A stretch of DNA of 60,485 nt, taken from NCBI GenBank assembly GCA_034780895.1, contig JAUZTB010000070.1, positions 5,639,353-5,699,837 on the forward strand. Direction: 5' to 3'. The DNA is from Rhynchobatus australiae (lineage: Eukaryota). The notes under the pieces were generated by a model. That model ran no database searches. It had not been told where the DNA came from and was given only the letters and a program-made list of their open reading frames with translations. Position numbers and translations under genes: made by a program. How positions within the stretch are numbered: the stretch's first letter is position 1; every line of letters begins with the position of its first letter. Below are positions 14,609 to 27,268 of the stretch, one piece after another.

Positions 14609-15168
14609 AATGTATAAAGCCTTGGTTAGGCCACACTTGGAGGTATTGTGTGCAATTCTGGTCACCCCATTACAGGGAGGATGTTGAGGCTCTGGAAAGG
14701 GTGCAGCAGGATGCTGCCTGAATTAGAGGGTAGGAACTATCAGGAGAGGCTGGACAAACCTGGGTTGTTTTCTCTGGAGCACTGGAAGTTGATGGGACAC
14801 CTGATAGAAGTTTATAAAATTATGAGACGCATAGACAGTCAGATAGGGTAGACAGTCAGAATCTTTTTCCTGGGGTAGAAATGTCAAGTACTAGAAAATG
14901 TGCATTTAAGGTGAGAGGGGGCAAGTTTAAAAGAGATGTGTGGGGCAGGTCTTTCACACAGTGGGTGGTAGGTACCTGGAATGGGCTGCCAGGGGTAGTG
15001 GAAGAAGATACAATGGTGGCATTTAAGAGACTGTTAGATAGACACATGAATATGCAGGGAATGGAGGGNNNNNNNNNNGAAGAGAATGAGCTTAATTCAG
15101 CATCGTGTTCAGCACAGACAGTGTGGGCTGAAGGGCCTGCTCCTGTGCTGTACTCTTCTCTGTGCTAT
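14609..15168 (+). mobile_element. CR1-type LINE, 3' end of ORF2 plus tail
   Basis: YKALVRPHLE and FKVRGGKFKRDVWGRSFTQWVVGTWNGLP...AFKRLLDRHM; frameshifted. Confidence 0.88.
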
Positions 15169-15784
15169 GAATCAGGAAATCAGTGAAACTTCAAGAATAT
15201 AAGTACCATCTCTTCTTTCATGTCTTTTTTTTAATGTAATGTTGCACAGCTTTAGCCTGGTTTAACCTCCACTTTTTTGTAGCCTCCATCCAAAGAGTAG
15301 CCAATCACAGATATCGCCTCTCCTGCCCGACATTCCCAATTCTTCTCCAGTAAGACAGAGAAGCTCTTAGTCCTGTCAGCACAGATAAAGTAATGGGTTT
15401 CAAAATAGGCTTGGATCCTCTGATATGGTGTGTTAGTGAACTGATCCTGAACATCACCATGGCAACCCCTCCTCTTTGCTTTTTTATCCTGTTGGGTGGA
15501 AATGGAATGAGTCCAACGTGTTTCCTTAATCCTACTTTTCACCTTCCTACAATCATAGAACTTCAAAGAATAGAAGGATACCATTCTGCCTGCCATAACT
15601 TGGCAAAGCATGAAAGAATCCATTCTCAGTCCTACTCCCCACTTTGTCATATAACTTCATAGTTGCTTCTTTATCAAATATTTATTCTCCTCCCTCTTAA
15701 TTCTATTTCCACCAGTATTTACAGGAAAAAGTTCCATAGTCCAGAAACCAACTGTCTGCACCTTCCATCATAAGCCATAGGACA

Positions 15785-16080
15785 GGCACGGTAGTGTAGC
15801 GATTAGCGTAACGCTATTACAGTGCCAGCGACCCGGGTCCAATTCCGGCCGCTGTCTGTAAGGAGTTTGTACGTTCTCCCTGTGTCTGTGCGGGTTTCCT
15901 CGGGGTGCTCTGGTTTCCTCCCACATTCCAAAGACGTACAGGTTAGGAAGCTGTGGGCGTGCTATGTTGGCGCCAGAAGTATGGCGACACTTGCGGGCTG
16001 CCCCCAGAACACTACACGCAAAGATGCATTTCACTGTGTGTTTCAATGTACATATGACTAATGAAGAAATCTTAAATCTG
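15785..16080 (+). mobile_element. tRNA-derived V-domain SINE, full length
   Basis: tRNA-like head with A/B-box-like motifs, central gggtttcctcggggtgctctggtttcctcccaca; possible TSD ataggaca/ataggcca; close copies at 35721 and 36744. Confidence 0.9.
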
Positions 16081-16949
16081 ATAGGCCACTGTGATGGGGT
16101 GGGCACGTTTGGCAAACATTGACCACTAGGATCATTTAACTCAGCTCAGGCTAGGGTTGGAGATGAGGGCTTCTAGTTTGTAGGGTTCCTCACAACTTCA
16201 GGCTCTGGATTTACTCAGTAGGCTAACCCTTCCTGCAGTCCTGCAGTGAGATCATGCAATCACTGATAAATCAGTTACAACAAACTCAAGAGGGTCGTTA
16301 AATCACAGCCTGGGCTCTAATTTCAGCGACTGATGCTTAAACAGTATTTCACTATCATATTCATGGCAAAACTGTAATTTTCATTTATCAAAATAAGCGT
16401 TACAGGTTAAACACTATACTCTGTAAGCTGGCATCTCAATGGGCTGAATGGTCTCCTGTGTCAGAAGAAAATATGAAGTATGAAAATAAATATCTGTAAA
16501 ATAAAATCTGATGGTACCAAAGGGTTTCCTGTGTTAACAAATTGTTTATTTCAAGATCAAAATGACAGCCTGTTTGGTCCATCATTCCCAACAGGTTAGG
16601 AGAGTCTGGAAGAAGATCTTTTTCACTTATCCATGCACAAGGTAAGCCATTCCTGGCAAGATCATATTGTTTAACCCATCCCACATCTCCCCTTGAGGGT
16701 GTAATGATGGTACTACCACAGTGAAGGAGCAAAGAGTGTTTGGTACATTGGAAGTCGATCTTATGCAGTTATTTACAGAGACAAAAATGTTCAAACCTAC
16801 GCAGTGGTTAGAAACATTGGCAGGTGGTTGTGATTTTGACTTGGTGTCAAATTTCCAAAAGAATGCAAATCTCTGCTGACTTCTCTAAGAAAAAGGACTC
16901 GCGAGCTGCAGATACAATAGATTCATTTTTAAGGTAATTCATACTCTAC

Positions 16950-17047
16950 CTCATACTCCTGTGAAAACTTCAAGTTGTCATTTGCTTTCAGATGCTCTGT
17001 GTGCTCGGTGAGCTCTGTAATGGGAATCGGTGGGTGACTCATCATGC
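16950..17047 (-). CDS. PTPRS: Exon, 98 nt: (G)[32 protein letters not shown]
   Basis: tcttttcacag acceptor, GAG|gtagag donor; HPPIP and SQEYE motifs; phase 1 to 0. Confidence 0.96.
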
Positions 17048-17574
17048 CTGTGAAAAGACATAATGAAGATATCACTTTAAAAAGCAAACAATGAAATAAA
17101 ATCATTATAATTCAATCATCAGTCCCAGATGAAAAGGCTGAAATGAGAGGAGTAGAGGAGGGTCATGTGTGGTTAGAACATTACACCTCAGGGCTTGAAA
17201 TTTGAAACCCAACAATTNNNNNNNNNNNNNNNNNNNNNNNNNNNNNNNNNNNNNNNNNNNNNNNNNNNNNNNNNNNNNNNNNNNNNNNNNNNNNNNNNNN
17301 NNNNNNNNNNNNNNNNNGTTATATATAGAGATGATGCATAAACATGTCAAGCAATAGTGCTTGTTTCATATATATTTCTCAACATCTTACAAAGGCATCT
17401 TAACTTTATAATATTTAAAAGAAATATCTAAGATAACAATGCTCCCATCATAGTTTCAATTTACATTTGAGGAAGTGACCTTTTACATTACAATCTACAT
17501 TGAGGCAAAGATAGATTACAAGAAGCAACATTAAACTTAACCCTAAAACATTTTATGAAAACAAAGGTGAATGA

Positions 17575-18100
17575 CCAAAAAAGTTGTATTCAGGACACAA
17601 AGGAAAATCTCCATATTGAGGTGAAGGACCTGGCTGAATTATTAAACATGTACTCTGCAGTTATCTTCAGAGGAAGTGGATGATGTAGAGGTCTTTGTGA
17701 AGCACAAGAGGGGAGGCGTGGGCAGTCATCAATGACGAAGGAAAAGTTGTTACATCATGACAAATTTCATGTCACATGTCAGTGATAATAGATTTGATTC
17801 TAAAGTACAATGTTTAGCATTACTGGAAATTGGTGAGTCACCCAGTTTTAATGGAATGTATCCCAAGTCCCCGAAAGAGAAAACTGATACATTGATCACA
17901 ATCCTTAGATTATCATTGAATAAAGAAGTAATTTAGAGGATTAATAATGTTACACTTTCAAAAAAAAAGGCAGGACTGAAAACTACACATTTGGATCACA
18001 TTTAAAAATAGAGGGTCACTGAAGATGTGGATGAAACAAAATATTTTCTCTCAAGAGGGCCCTGAGATTTTAGAATTCTCCTCACTAATTAGTTTGAAGC
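17575..18100 (+). mobile_element. Highly degraded CR1-like LINE fragments
   Basis: Similarity by eye to the 45130-47580 element. Confidence 0.4.
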
Positions 18101-19964
18101 ACAGCCTCATCAGTTTTCCTAACTACTGCCACTTCCTCCCTCCCACTTCATCTGCTCTTCCCAAAGGATAAGAAATTTCAAGCTTTTTGCAAGAGGCATC
18201 ACCCCCAATCAATATAGATAAGAGAGTGAAATGGCCTTCCAACCATGGAACATTATAATCAGGTCAAATAAAATGAGGCTACTTGCAAAAATTCCAGAGA
18301 GTTGGAATATTTTATTAACCAACTACTTTTGAATAAAGGAAAGTTGCCTGACCTAACTTTTCACTGTATTTTCTTTTGAAATTCCCATCCAAAAATGTTC
18401 CCCTTTCGCTAAACACATGCAGACTGTAGCCTCAGTTTGTGGCTCGGTATGAATAGATTCCGCCTGAGTGTCTGGTTCTGTTCCATGGGGCATTCCCTGC
18501 ATGGGCAGCTTTAGAGGGGGAAGCTCAGGGGCCTGATGACGGGTGGAGTCTTGTTACTGATGTGATCCATCTCTGTGTGAGTTGAATGTTATTCCTGAGG
18601 TTCTACACCTAGGGAGTTTCCAATTTCAAGATGGGAATGGGATACGACAAGATGGTAAATGGAAATAATACTTTAGCAGAGAAAGACAATCAATCATTAG
18701 GGGAATAAGCTAAGGCACTTTCCTCTTCACCCTACCTGCAGCAGCCAATGGTTAAGCAGGGAATGTTATGTGGAAACGGGTGTGATTAAGGGAAAGGAGA
18801 AGTGGTTTAATTAAGGGACCTTTGGGGTTCTGGACTTGGCTTGCTGGGATGCAGTTCTGAATCCTCGACTCAGCTCAGCTCACAGCCTCTGCTGTGCAGC
18901 TGCAGAGAGTGTTCAAGGACTGAGCAGGCCCAGTGAAAAGCAGAGGCAAATCTGTGACTTGTTACCGTCATCCACAGCCAAGGATTTGAACGTGACGGTG
19001 GCATTGCTGATTCAGCTGCCTCAGACATGCAGAGGCAGCAGGAAAGAAAGGCAATAATAAGAGGGAAAGACACCCTTCAAATGAAAANNNNNNNNNNTCA
19101 TTAATGTGCACGGTGGACATGTGTGACAAAATCGTGTAATTCCTGGAGACGTATAGAAAGTGCTCACTTTCCTCCTGTACTAATGACACATACCTTTAGT
19201 GTCCGTGCTTCAGCTCAGTTGGCTTAAAACAACAAACTGTCCTTCCCAGAGCTAAAGTTATTGGGCATAGTTAACCTGGTGACCTCCGTGTACTGTGGAG
19301 GCCTCTCAGTGGGCAATGCTCAATCCCAACTTTAAGATTATTCTCTCATCAAGAAATATTATCTTGCAAATCATAAATCGGAAGTCTAGAGACTGGTCAT
19401 TAAAAACCGTCTTGGATTAATATTGCATGAAATGTACTGAAAAATTTAGGGCACAGGACCTTTGAGAGAAGCTGGCAGATTTACTGTTGATTTGTNNNNN
19501 NNNNNNNNNNNNNNNNNNNNNNNNNNNNNNNNNNNNNNNNNNNNNNNNNNNNNNNNNNNNNNNNNNNNNNNNNNNNNNNNNNNNNNNNNNNNNNNNNNNN
19601 NNNNNNNNNNNNNNNNNNNNNNNNNNNNNNNNNNNNNNNNNNNNNNNNNNNNNNNNGGGTTTCTCCTTCCTGTATCTGGCTTTCTCCACAGGCAAGTCCC
19701 TAATGGAATTACAGGCCCTGCTTGCGGAGATAGCGGGAAATGCCTTTGGTTGCTATGGAGAATTTCAAGCCCTGTTACAGAATCAGCAGAGTTTGATCAT
19801 TTGAAGCAGACAGTATGGACGTTAAACCGAGGCAGCACAAAGATGAGAAGCAAGCATGAAATCATCATCAGTTTTTATGGTGGGACATCACTGCAGTTTC
19901 TTACAACACAAAACAAAAAGGGGAATGTGTTGGAAAATACATCCCTGCATCATGGAAAATGTCC

Positions 19965-20032
19965 AATACAGACACACTCCCAATACAGACGCACTCCCAA
20001 AACAGACACACTCCCATTACAGACACACTCAC
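19965..20032. repeat. About 4 copies of a 17-bp unit (acagacacactcccaat)
   Basis: Directly visible. Confidence 0.75.
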
Positions 20033-22254
20033 TCTCGAAAGAGGAAGTGACTTGGGCCACCAACTTAGCCACCCTACCCAAGCCTTTCATGGACTGAAAG
20101 AATGAAAAGATTCTAGGCCTCTCTTTGCCTCTTGGAGTCCTGTTGTCGAAGGTGGCCTCAGCAGGAGAGGCTGGAAGGTGAGAGATGTCCTTCCACGGAG
20201 CAGTTTTCCCTTCCTTCTCACGGTCCCCAAAGCTGCACTTTCCAACTGAGCCACTCTGAATCCTCAGTGGAGGCGCAGCCTATCTGAGATGGTGAGTAAC
20301 CCACCCACTCTTTAATTTCACGTCACCCCAACTTAAGCTCTCCCACGTGCATATTCCTTTTTACATGCTGGAGGACAGTTCTGTCAATGATAACCATTCC
20401 CTTGCCTCTCACCCACGTCATCACCAATGGTCGCTCTTGATGTTTGAAACCCGACTGTGAAAGGCAAGAGGTTATTTGATGAGGAAGTCCTCAAAGCTCG
20501 AGTGCCGTTCTTTACTCTCCCAGTGGCGACACAACTTCCTGTCAGAGTCAATGTACTGAGGTGGGGGAGTTCATCTGTATTCTTTCTGGCTCAGGGACCA
20601 CTGCAGCTCTTGGCAGCCCACACTCAACTGACCGATGATGGATCTAGTGCAGGGCCTCCTGGCTCAGCTCCACAATGGCCGGTATTTGCAAACAAAGCAA
20701 CCTGAGGGCTTCACATTTTGCTTCCTGCAACAGGTCAAAGCTCGTCACCAGGCTCTAGAAACCCATCCAGCCAGCCCACAGATGTGGAGATGGGTGGCCG
20801 TCATTTAATCAAGCTAATTCTTATAGGGTAGAGGTCAACGAAAGAAGCATTGGGTTTGAGGCTGGTCATGTGATGGAGATATTTAACACTGAGCTGGGGA
20901 CACACTGTCTGATCTGTCAGTACCTCCAATCTTGGAGTGACTTCTCCCACAGTGGGTCCGAGGTGGCAGTGTAATACCAGTAATGACTGGGAAAGGGGCA
21001 CAACGGTGGGAAGGAGCAGTGATCCGGGCCTGCTATCCCGCAATGTGTTGGTCTTCCAGCGTGAGGGGACGTCTGCAAGCAAATGCTGGCCACTGCCGTA
21101 CTTCAGCCTGTAGGAGAACATGCTAAAGGACACACTGAAGCTCGGTGCATCCACTGCAAAGGCTATGAGGGAGAGGACCACAGTCTAGGGTCACTGGACA
21201 CTGAGGGGATGGTTCCTGTGCAACAGTCTCTAAGGTGCTCCATGGGTACATTGCTTATGGAGGAAAAGTGAGTGGTGTTGATACGTTGTAAGAGAATGCA
21301 TTGGATTAATGGTAAATTGAGTGCAGAGAAAGATGTGTACTGATGTACATTACCATAAACAAAATATATTTCCGAAATTGAAAAAAGTCACCTGTGCCTG
21401 ATTCACCACCCAGCCACTGAAAGGCTTTTTGGTTCTCCTTGTTGATGCGGAAAACACTGACTATGATTCCTTGCTAGAATAGNNNNNNNNNNNNNNNNNN
21501 NNNNNNNNNNNNNNNNNNNNNNNNNNNNNNNNNNNNNNNNNNNNNNNNNNNNNNNNNNNNNNNNNNNNNNNNNNNNNNNNNNNNNNNNNNNNNNNNNNNN
21601 NNNNNNNNNNNNNNNNNNNNNNNNNNNNNNNNNNNNNNNNNNNNNNNNNNNNNNNNNNNNNNNNNNNNNNNNNNNNNNNNNNNNNNNNNNNNNNNNNNNN
21701 NNNNNNNNNNNNNNNNNNNNNNNNNNNNNNNNNNNNNGCTTGGCTGTGACACCACTCAGCCCCTACCACCCATTGTTGAGGCTCCCCAAGAATCAGGGCT
21801 ACCTTGAGTGAACTTGGTTGGTAATCCAAAGGCCAGCACATTCACAAAAACAGGGAGAAAACTGGCAAAACAAAGTAGATGTGTAGGGCACAAAACCTAA
21901 TCCATATAGCTGCCAATGTGATATATCATTGGCTGATTCTGGCCCACATTCATACCTGGCCTGTCCTTTGCTGTTGCCGTAGTAACTTCCAAACACTTGC
22001 AAGAAGAATGTTCACTGAGGCTCAGTGAAGAAAATGAGTTCAAACGTCACAGAACAACTGGAATATGTTTAGTTTGGAAATATGTATGTTTGAGATTTGG
22101 CTGAAGATTCACTGTGCATCTAAACTGTGCCAGGTCTAACCTGAAAGGGTTTGATTGTTACTGACAACAGGTTAAAAAAGAAGTGGTAATGTTTTATGCC
22201 CTGGCTTTGAACCCATCAACCAGGGCAGGACATAGAATTCTCCTTAATATAAAA

Positions 22255-22440
22255 ATAGACACGACTGCAAGTACTTAACAGATCAGGCAGCATCTGTGGA
22301 GAGAGAAACAATTTAGGTCAATAAAGGTTATGATAAAAAGTCATCAAACTGTAATGTAAACTCCATGTTTCTCTCCACAGATGCTGCCTGACCTGCTGAT
22401 TATTTCCTGCACTTTCTGTCTTTATTTGAGATTTGAAGCA
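22255..22440. mobile_element. Palindromic Penelope-derived element
   Basis: caggcagcatctgtggagagagaaaca inverted against tgtttctctccacagatgctgcctg. Confidence 0.7.
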
Positions 22441-24599
22441 TTTTGCTGTTGCACAGAATACTTGCTGCTCCTCAAACACTCCATACAATGAAGAGTTAAA
22501 ATATCTGCATTCTATGAGAGCCCTGTGCCATTTCATTGTACAATTGCATCCAAGGCACCAGTGAGGTGAATGGATATTGAAAGGTTGTATCTTGCAGAAC
22601 CCAGATTCATTTCCATTTATATTACATTGTTCTTCATTCCACAAATCTTGCAAAATTCTGCAGTGCTACTTATGTTAATTATACTAGATGTGCATAATGT
22701 GTTGGATCTTTCCCTTGTCACTACTGAAGGCCAGACCTGTTCAATGGCTGGGGATTTACTACAATGGTACAAAAACCTTTAAAGAAGATCCTGGCCCAGA
22801 AACTGTCACGTGCTTGATGACAGAGGTTAGTGGGGCACTGAACAGGGGACTCAGACGAGATTAGTGCCAGCAATCTGGAAGTGATACTTCAGCATGTGAG
22901 AGGCTTGAGATGTTGTGGGCAGTAGGGCGGGTCTGAGGTATTGTGGGCAGTTGGCCATACCCCATGTGAGGAGACTCACACCAAAGTCTTTCCTCTGGGA
23001 TCCTTCCATTGAGGATGATGGAGATGAGAGAGGGGGCGATCAGGAGTAGATTGGGGTTGGAGGGAAGAGGATTATTGAGAAAGAGANNNNNNNNNNNNNN
23101 NNNNNNNNNNNNNNNNNNNNNNNNNNNNNNNNNNNNNNNNNNNNNAGAGAGACTCCTGTTGGAGAGAAGATCTGATGGACGTAAGGCAATGGTCGGGGCA
23201 ATAACCGTGGGATGGTCATTCAGCTGGTCAGCGGGGATATCCTAGGGAGATGATCGGATAGGGAAGCTGGTTTGGAGAGATGATGGGGTGGGAGTGTCAT
23301 GGGTTGTCATTTGGGGAGGTGATTGAACTGAAGAGTGTTTGGAGCAATAGCTAACAAACAAAACTGAAAGAAAGCACGTACCTGGCAGAAGATGATGTCT
23401 CATTGACCCAGGAGAGATCAGGACCCTTTAATGAATGCCACAGCTAACTTCAGCCTGTTAAGGTCTGATTCAGTTAGTGGGCCTCATTTGTGCAATACCA
23501 TTTGCACAGATGAGATCTAAACAAGCATTGCCTGCTGTCACTGCGCATGCCACCTTGCCGCTGCGCACACTTGCATTAGATGCACGGATGAGTTATGTCT
23601 GGTTTATGGGACTGTGCTACTGGGTCCAGCAATCTGTAATGTTGTGCAGAGGAGCACTGCCAAATGACGGAATTTCTAGGTTGGTGTAGCTCTATTAATA
23701 AAGTCTGGGTGCTACAATTGACACAGGTTCTGTCCCTTTGCTTGTAGAACAGGATCCTTCCAAGTGGATCAGATTGGGAGCACCCTCTGGCTCAGCAGCA
23801 GGGTGGTTTAGAAAAATAAGGCACAGTAACATGGCAATCCTTCCTCTGGAACCTCTCCATCCTGTCTGTACACAGTCTACAAGTTTATTTATTGAATGGT
23901 ACTCACTCACCAGACATGCATTTCCACAAATGGTGAAGAACCAACTGCTATCAACCGTCATTCATTGCCTGTGAAGCTTTCCTGAGAGACGTGATTACAT
24001 GCTGACAGATGCAAGTCTGATCCTACATTACAGGGCCAGACTAATCGGTTTTAAGATCTGGTGACAGAATAATTGCCCATCGCCCTCTGACTGCAACAGA
24101 TACCTTCTCAGTTTCCACATCTGTACTGACATGAGGCTGACTTTTGGCTCTTGTGGACTGCACTAANNNNNNNNNNNNNNNNNNNNNNNNNNNNNNNNNN
24201 NNNNNNNNNNNNNNNNNNNNNNNNNNNNNNNNNNNNNNNNNNNNNNNNNNNNNNNNNNNNNNNNNNAAACATGCTTGTTCTCCACTTCCAACAGTTGGTT
24301 CCATTGAAATCAACTCTGTATTAAGTGCAAGCCACTAAGGACTAATTTCTAACCGACTGTCTTCAAAAAAAACAGCTGTCATAGATTTGGGCCTATCTGA
24401 ATCTACATGAATGTACTGTCAATCTGAATCTGGATTTGTCAGCCTTGCGTAAAACTATGCTTTCAATATTCAATGCTATTAAGCCACTTAGTTATTGAGT
24501 TCACGATTATTTTTAAGAAATTCAATGAGTGAAGCTTTAAAACAATCAATCCTCAGCATGATTAGTAGGGTGATGGTTACTGGGTGTTTGTCTACTTTG

Positions 24600-24712
24600 G
24601 TGTGGCTGCATTGACTATATACACATGTGCATTTGTGTGTTTGCTTGTGTGCATGCATGTGCATGAGTATGTACATTTGTGTGTGTGCATGCGTGTGTAT
24701 GTCCGTGTGTGA

Positions 24713-24752
<40 letters not shown>
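24600..24752. repeat. (TG)n microsatellite with degenerate flank
   Basis: Directly visible. Confidence 0.95.
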
Positions 24753-24753
<1 letters not shown>

Positions 24754-26109
24754 CTGCTTGCAGTATATATTTGCAGTATATAGGAAAGACACTGTGTAAG
24801 TCACAAACTGATGGGCTAGATAGCCTTCTTCTGTTTCATAAATTTTCTATGATCCTATAAAGGGGGAGGAACAAGATAGAAGAAAAGGCTTGAAATATCC
24901 CCTGGCCAAAATTAATGATCCAAGTTCAAACTGCACTCAGATTTGCATTTTCAAGCTTTTGTCGGAATTGATTTGAAGACCATCGAGTGCAAAATGTGCC
25001 AGAGTGAGCACAACTTGTACAGTTTATAAGAAATGTTGGTTTAAAAATTTTCTCGAAATATTTAAGTAATAAACCAATAGTGTGATTAATATAGCTGAAG
25101 ATGGGTTTGTCATGAAAAGCTGAAGCATTTTTAACCACTGGTCCTCTACCTGTGAGTATTTTAAATGACATTAAATAATTTTGAAGATCTGACCAGAGCC
25201 ATTCTCAAATCGTATTGGCTGATGTCAGTTATTCCATAAATTGGGCTATTTTCACAAGTTGTTATAATGTGATTATTAATGTCCTTCTGTCGAATAAAAA
25301 GACCCAAGCACTCACAGCAAATGGGTGAGAGCACTGGAAACCTGCAGTGGTTATTAATTCTACTTGGGCCACTGGGCAGTCTGTGGGCGGGCTGGCTTCT
25401 ACTGCAACGTTTTACAAATCAGTGCAAAGAATTCAGAAAATTCAAAAGATGTTGCCTGCACTTTGCACTTGAAATTCTGTGATGCTTTGCACTTGTTTGG
25501 CTAATTTCAGTTAAATTGCATTGAAAAAGATAGAACGAGCCTGGGTCAGGATTTCTTGGTGAACCAACATCCTCTGGAGGAAAAGATACGCATGTAACCC
25601 AGCCCCCTGATGANNNNNNNNNNNNNNNNNNNNNNNNNNNNNNNNNNNNNNNNNNNNNNNNNNNNNNNNNNNNNNNNNNNNNNNNNNNNNNNNNNNNNNN
25701 NNNNNNNNNNNNNAGCCCCCTGATGAAATTGAAGCCTAGGAGACTGCTTCCTGCAGTTGAGGTTTACCTTTGACAGCAAGGAGAAAAGTTCAGTTTAATA
25801 GGAAGAGTGAGCAGGAATTTGATATAAACATGTAGGAAAACAGAGTAATCCTTTACTGGCGTTGTTTGCCCTTTAGAATCATGGAGGAAGTTCCTCAAGA
25901 TGAATTTATTTGCTGTGATTTGGAATAAAGTAATCCAGCCAGAGAGAACATATTGACATCAGGAGAAGAGGTGAAGCGTAGGTCACAGGTGAGATGTGTT
26001 GAAACACTTTGGTAGGGATTATATATTGGAATATCCTGAAGATGGTTCAGCAAACTAAGAGACAGTGTTCTGAATCTAAATGACTTTGAATTGGGCCAAT
26101 AAACAATCC

Positions 26110-26300
26110 ACTGGAGGAACTTAGTGGGTCGAGCAGCATCTGTGGGAGGCAAGGAATTGTTGACGCTTCGGACCTGATGCGGGGTTTCGACCTGAAATGT
26201 CGCCAATTCCTTTCCTCCCACAGATGCTGCTTGACCCGCTGAGTTCCTCTAGCAGACTGTCTGTTGCTCCAGCTTCCAGCATCTGCAGTCTCTTGTGTCT
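26110..26300. mobile_element. Palindromic Penelope-derived element with hammerhead-like core in the loop
   Basis: About 50-bp inverted arms; loop CTGATGC-GGGGT-TTCG-ACCT-GAAATGTC at 26174-26201. Confidence 0.75.
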
Positions 26301-26794
26301 GCATTGGGCCAAAATTCAGCAACCCCCACCTCATCCCCGCTCCCACCAGAGAGGAGGAGTTTCTGTGTCCATCCCCTCCCAAGGAAATTGTGAATTAATG
26401 GTGGAAAGCCATACTTTGGACAACTTTGGTAGAGATGTAGCAAGGATATCATGGACCAATGGCCTCCTTCTGTGCTGTAACCATCCCAGGAAATCCACAG
26501 TGTGTGGAAGGTTGACTCCTGAAAGCTTAACTTCCATTCTAGCCTCCCCTCCCTCTCACCCTCACCCCCAGCCCATCCACTGCTCCCACATCCTTAAGGC
26601 CCACTAGACCACCAGATGAAACTGATGAAGCCACAAATCTGCAGGCAACCCTGGACTTAAAGGATTGACGTTCGAAACATACACCTAAAGAACATGCAAA
26701 AGTGAGAGGAGCTAAAAGCTTAGCCAATGAGCAGCCAGGAGCTCGAGAGAGAAACACAAGTTAAAAACTACATCCAGGTGGATAAGAAACACAG

Positions 26795-26870
26795 ATTATA
26801 TGTACATATATAGATATATATTACAATATATATCTATATATGCTATATATAGATATATATATATATATTA
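26795..26870. repeat. (TA)n-rich microsatellite
   Basis: Directly visible. Confidence 0.9.
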
Positions 26871-26933
26871 AAAACAAAATGAAATCAAATAAGCTAACAA
26901 AACAATAGGCATAAAATGCAAGTGGGAACTAAC

Positions 26934-26975
26934 TTGCAAATTCGGGTTCACTGAGGGGGCTGCTGACAACAGATT
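26934..26975 (-). CDS. PTPRS: 42-nt mini-exon (meD-like): (E)SVVSSPLSEPEFA(S)
   Basis: Acceptor tgtttcttttcacag, donor A|gttagt, phase 1 to 1; resembles the recalled PTPRS insert DSGLRSPLREPGFHFES at the same position. Confidence 0.78.
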
Positions 26976-27156
26976 CTGTGAAAAGAAACATCAGCACGTG
27001 AACACACTTAAATCTACAGGCTGGCAGAACGCAACTCAAGGGGGAGATAACAAAAGAACAAAACGGGAACTCAAACAAACAAACAAATGCATGAGTAAAC
27101 AGTCAGTCTCCGATCTGGCCCTCTCAAAGAACTCGACGGTTTGTTCTGTTTCTTAC

Positions 27157-27201
27157 CTCGTATTTTTTTTCTTTCCTTTCTCTCTTCGGGGCCCGGTCTG
27201 T
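27157..27201 (-). CDS. Candidate 45-nt micro-exon: (D)RPGPEERKERKKIR
   Basis: Strong donor GAG|gtaaga, weaker acceptor ttgtgtttaag, phase 1 to 1, no stop, purine-rich body. Confidence 0.45.
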
Positions 27202-27268
27202 CTTAAACACAACTGTAGTAATTGTGTCCGTGTGAGACTGCCTGAAAATTCGGGAACCCCCCACTTAC

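Noticed and set aside
15785-15860. tRNA-like sequence
   Set aside because: It is the head of a SINE present in several copies, not a tRNA gene
19657-19815. Plus-strand exon-like segment after tttctccacag
   Set aside because: Isolated, next to a gap, no convincing donor or partner exons for an antisense gene
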